A stretch of DNA of 64,000 bases, from the NCBI GenBank assembly GCA_964016885.1, contig OZ024745.1, positions 61,132,001-61,196,000 of the forward strand, in the 5' to 3' direction. The translations under genes were made by a program, and so were the position numbers. Source of the DNA: Eledone cirrhosa (taxonomy: Eukaryota). The notes beneath the pieces were generated by a model that searched no databases, was not told the DNA's origin, and worked only from the letters and a program-made list of their open reading frames with translations. Each line of letters begins with the position of its first letter. Position 1 is the first letter of the stretch. Of this stretch, positions 14,490-64,000 are shown piece after piece.

Positions 14490-14832
14490 GCACAAAACAA
14501 ACAGCTTTGTCAGGCTGCAAGTTAACAGGTATGCTGGTAGACAGGAACCACTTTTTCGATAGTGAAAAAGCAGAAGCTTGCCTGGTATGGTCATATATCC
14601 TGCCACACCTCCTTGTCTAAAACCATCCTTCAGGGCACAGTCAAAGGAGGGCAAAGAAGAGGCAGACAAAGAAAATCCTAATCCAACAACATTAAAGGCT
14701 GAACTGTTCACAACACAGAGACCCTTCTATGCATGACAGAGAATAGAGGCCAATAACGACAACTGATTGAGAAAGCACCTAGAGTGGCACCCCAACGACT
14801 GGCTGCACCAGTTGTGGGAACATGAAGAAGAA
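14490..14832 (+). mobile_element. Degenerate RTE-clade LINE 3' fragment
   Basis: Translates to ...LSKTILQGTVKGGQRRGRQRKS.. typical of the RTE ORF C-terminus; GAA-type tail. Confidence 0.6.
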
Positions 14833-15133
14833 TGAAAGATATATGAGGGTTGAGCCATTACATTACAATAAAACTGTTTTTACCTTGGAGAAAATTACTA
14901 TTTTATACATTGAAGACTGGATCTTTGTATTCACATATTCACATTTCTGGTTTGAAATTCTATTAATTCCTTGTACCATATTTCTGGCTTGAAATTCTAT
15001 CAATTCCTTTAAATAAAGATTTTACTGTCAATCCTCTTTCATCATGTCAGAACAAAACATTGCAAGAGGTGTAGACCTTTTTGTTATTTTATCTATTAAT
15101 ATTAACTCCTTTTCTTATTGTTTTTTATTACAG

Positions 15134-60775
<45,642 letters not shown>

Positions 60776-61857
60776 GTAAGTTCATCTTCATTGAAATTGA
60801 ACTGTTTTCAGAAGACATTCTTTTGAATTCATCAAATCACACTTAGAATAGATAAATAGATAAATCAAATACTGATATTTGATTGAAGTAGAGCTTATTA
60901 AATTTTACTAATCTATCTCTGACAAATTTTTTTATTTAAGTGGCAGCATTCCTGTGAGAATTAATTTTCTTTATACATGACAAAAAAAGTACATTACTAG
61001 AAATATACGTTATAAAATAAATAGGATGTGTTGGGGGGGGGGGGGGTCTCAATATGTAAACTAAACAACTAATTATATTTCTTTTTTTTTTTTTTTTTAA
61101 ATCAACGGAAACAATTATCAATCCCCACCCCCATATTATTTGGGACCCAAGAATACTTAAAGTACTTGATTCTATTTTCAGTAACTTTAAATAGATGAAA
61201 ACGACCCTCTTGCAGGCACGATGGTAATCTATTATGTTAAATTTCCTTATCATTTTCTTGACTGTAGATATACTGAAGTCAGAATAAAAAGTCCTTTTGA
61301 GAAAAACAAAGAGATATCTACAACAGCTAGTAGTCCTATATGTTTATCCACTTGGCTAGGAGGCAATTTAATCAACTATACCTCTTCTCTTTACTAAATT
61401 ACTAAAACTGTATGATTAAGAGGACGATAGATTTGCTAGAACGTCAGACAAAATGCTTTACAGTATTTAGTCACGGCTCTTTACATTCTGTGCTCAGATC
61501 TTGCCAAGGTTAACTTTGCTTTTCATCTATCTAGCATTGATAAAATACCAAAATACTAGCCAAGTAGTACAGGGAGTTGTAATAATCAACTTTCCCATCT
61601 CCCTTCCAAAAATTATCTGGCCTTGTGCCTAAATTAGATACCTATATTAATGTAATATGAATAATCTGATACACTTCATTTAAAAAAAAAAAAATCTTCT
61701 TCTTCTGCTTCTCTCTTCTATTTCTCCTTCTCCTTCTCTCTTCTATTTCTCCTTCTCCTTCTTTCTTCTTTTTCTTCTTCTCCTCCTCTTCTTTTTTTTT
61801 AGTGCAGCTCCATGTAGGGAAATGCTTCCTTTGGTGGTGAACTACCTGATTCTGACA

Positions 61858-63052
61858 TCAAAGACCCTTCATGAGCTGCTGCGCCTCCGATACAGCATCA
61901 TTGAAGGCCTGACCTAGGGTTCCGAACCTTACTTTGCCCAGCAGGTTCTTCTTAAACGTAGAGATGAAACTTGAAGGATCCGGATACTGTTCTAGAAGCT
62001 GAACCATTGATTCAGCTAGCGATAATCCGGTGTAGGGGACGGCTGCCTCTTCTACCAATGATACGTCCGGAACGAAGTTGTAGGCGACTTTGAAGGCTAG
62101 AGCGTCCACAAGCGCCTCTTCTACATATCCCGGCTCTATGTTTCTTGAATCAATGAATCTCTTGTCCTTGTTCAGACATCCAATCATTCCATAAAACGTG
62201 TGCAGGTAAGGGTTCGATCCCACAGAGAAGACACACTTATCTATCAGTCCCAAGGACTTCTGATAAGGGAAAATCCCTGTTTCCGAAGCTCCTGCATTTA
62301 GGGACCTCAACATTCTCGTTATTTCGTTCGCCCCGGCTTCATTTATCATTAGGTAAAGCAGATCGGAGATGGTCAAATTAAGAATATTCATGAAGTGATT
62401 CAGAACTTCGATTATGTGCATGCCTTCGTATCGGGCCAGTATAGTTCCTCTTCGCAGTAATGACAAGTCATGTGCATTATAGTTACCTGAAATGATCATT
62501 TTTCACAATATGACTCAGGAAGCCGTTAAGAAGCATATCCTGATCATACCGATAAGGATGTGTCATCCTATAATTGTTAAAAGTTTTTATTATATTCTGT
62601 TTATAGTCGCCGACTTCCAGACTTGTCCCCGCATTTACTACCTTATAAAGGGTGACGATATAAAGTAGTAGTCCGAGATGGTGATTTTGAGTGGACGTTG
62701 TTGCGGTGGGTGTGGGGAAGCTGGAATTCTCGGTGATGGTGAAGAAGTCTGCAGGAGTGACTGTATTCTTTTGTCGAATAAAACTGTAATTCTGCAGATC
62801 AGCATTAATATCGAATTTTAGATAAGACTGGCAATACCTGATCATGAAGTGTAAGATGTGTTTTGGTAGAATTTCTTGTGTGTTTGCCTTGGTTTGAATG
62901 AAGTCGTGAGCCGCGTTAACATCTCCCCCAGAGAAGATGGTTACTTGCTGGGGCTGAAAGGATTCAGAATTAAAAACGTCAAAGTCCTTAGTCGTCTTGC
63001 TAAGGCTAAATTTCAGCTCCTCATGACCAGTGGAATTGGAAGAATTAGACAT
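61858..63052 (-). pseudogene. Endogenous viral element: rhabdovirus-like (Mononegavirales) nucleoprotein N gene, split into two overlapping ORFs (62483-63052 and 61858-62499)
   Basis: Intronless, about 400 aa joined; LLLYIVTLYKV, LRRGTILARYEG, PYQKSLGLIDKCVFSVGSNPYLH and RFGTLGQ are collinear with recalled vesiculovirus N motifs LPLYLLGLYRV, FRYGTIVSRFKD, PYLIDFGLSSKSPYSSVKNPAFH and REKTIGK. Confidence 0.85.
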
Positions 63053-63320
63053 AATGGATTGAAGGATTATAAAGACAACAGTAAAATACGATAAATCCGT
63101 GTTGTCTAATTATTAACATTAAATGTTAATGGTAAGTGTTGTAAGAATAGCTGTGGACGAAGCTATTATGGTAGTTTACCAGAGCTGGCAAGAAGATGAT
63201 GGGTAGGCGAGGAAATGTTGGCCTCCCAGATGTATTGCCGAATGTGCTAGGGAGCTAGGAAAAAATGGCCGGCCGCTTTGATAAGAAAAAAAGCAAGCTG
63301 AGCGATATCCAATTTTAGCC

Positions 63321-63499
63321 GCTTACTACAATGTATGAGGCTATTCCAACAAATTTACATTCCCCTTTTTTTAGCCGTTAAAAGAAATATAGATTTATGC
63401 CGCTTACTTGCTGTAGTTGCTGCTTACTTCAATGTATGAGGCTATTCCAACAAATTTACATTCCCCTTTTTTTAGCCGTTAAAAGAAATATAGATTTAT
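63321..63499. repeat. 78-bp direct duplication (63321-63398 and 63422-63499)
   Basis: CAATGTATGAGGCTATTCCAACAAATTTACATTCCCCTTTT..AGCCGTTAAAAGAAATATAGATTTAT occurs twice. Confidence 0.9.
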
Positions 63500-63505
63500 T
63501 TATTG

Positions 63506-63958
63506 TTTTTTTTTTGCGATTTATTTGCTACTGGGGCATAGATTTCTTTATTTGCCCCTTCTTTGTTTGTTTTTTTGCGATTTATTAGCCTTTTGGGGTC
63601 ACACACACCCCCGTAGAAAGTGTGCGACCTTTCTGCCAGGGAGCACAGAGAGAGGGGGGGTGCTCCCTTCTTCTCTTACCTGTACAAGCCGATATAGAGA
63701 GATGGCCCACTTACACGGGCCATTATTGCTACTTTCACCCATCTTTCATGGAATTGGCTGGGACTGAGTGCCTTTTTCTCCACCTTGATCCTTCTTTCGA
63801 AGTGGTATCGGAAGAAGAGGACCATTTGTTGGCCGGCGACATATCCCCACAGTTTCCTCGTTGCAAACGCATCTGGGACATTTCTTTTCCAAGGGGTTTC
63901 CGTCCCGGAATCCGTGTCTGTAGAGCCTTTCCCGAACGGGCAGGGCCCCTCGGTATAA
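63506..63958 (-). mobile_element. 5'-truncated, internally deleted L1/Tx1-clade LINE 3' end with poly-A
   Basis: Frames not in the ORF track: LYRGALPVRERLYRHG...KCPRCVCNEETV (zf-RVT-like), then FRYHFERRIKVEKKALSPSQFHERWVK...* (stop 63676-63678); AATAAATCGC-A(n) at 63570-63586 and 63506-63525. Confidence 0.75.
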
Positions 63959-64000
63959 TAGTAAGTATTAGTGGTTGTAATAAAAATGCAATCAAAATGT

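Noticed and set aside
62483-62499. Programmed frameshift or intron joining the N ORFs
   Set aside because: No convincing slippery site plus structure and no suitable acceptor; the missing conserved residues favour a deletion
63735-63995. 86-aa minus-strand ORF as a second viral gene
   Set aside because: The other two minus frames give Tx1/L1 ORF2 motifs, so this is a shadow frame

Overview
AT-rich, microsatellite- and SINE-dense animal genomic DNA. The repeat families suggest an octopus or other coleoid cephalopod, which is an inference. Positions 1-12720 are a 46-bp satellite array with higher-order duplications. Positions 15134-60775 carry 24 hand-spliced GT-AG exons (about 772 codons, one continuous frame) of a DOCK-A family Rac GEF (DOCK1/2/5, Mbc/CED-5-like) on the + strand; the SH3 N-terminus and DHR-2 C-terminus lie outside the window. 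The introns hold SINEs, RTE/CR1/CRE fragments, several MITE families and a fold-back Penelope-like element. Main observations: (1) a near full-length endogenous rhabdovirus-like nucleoprotein gene (61858-63052, - strand, one frame break, poly-A tract) antisense in a DOCK intron and next to a co-oriented Tx1/L1 LINE fragment; (2) a candidate frame-preserving 6-nt microexon at 39947-39952; (3) minimal hammerhead-ribozyme motifs; (4) two short templated copies of exon ends with their splice sites. Most ORFs in the supplied track are spurious. Protein similarities were recognised from memory, not by database search.
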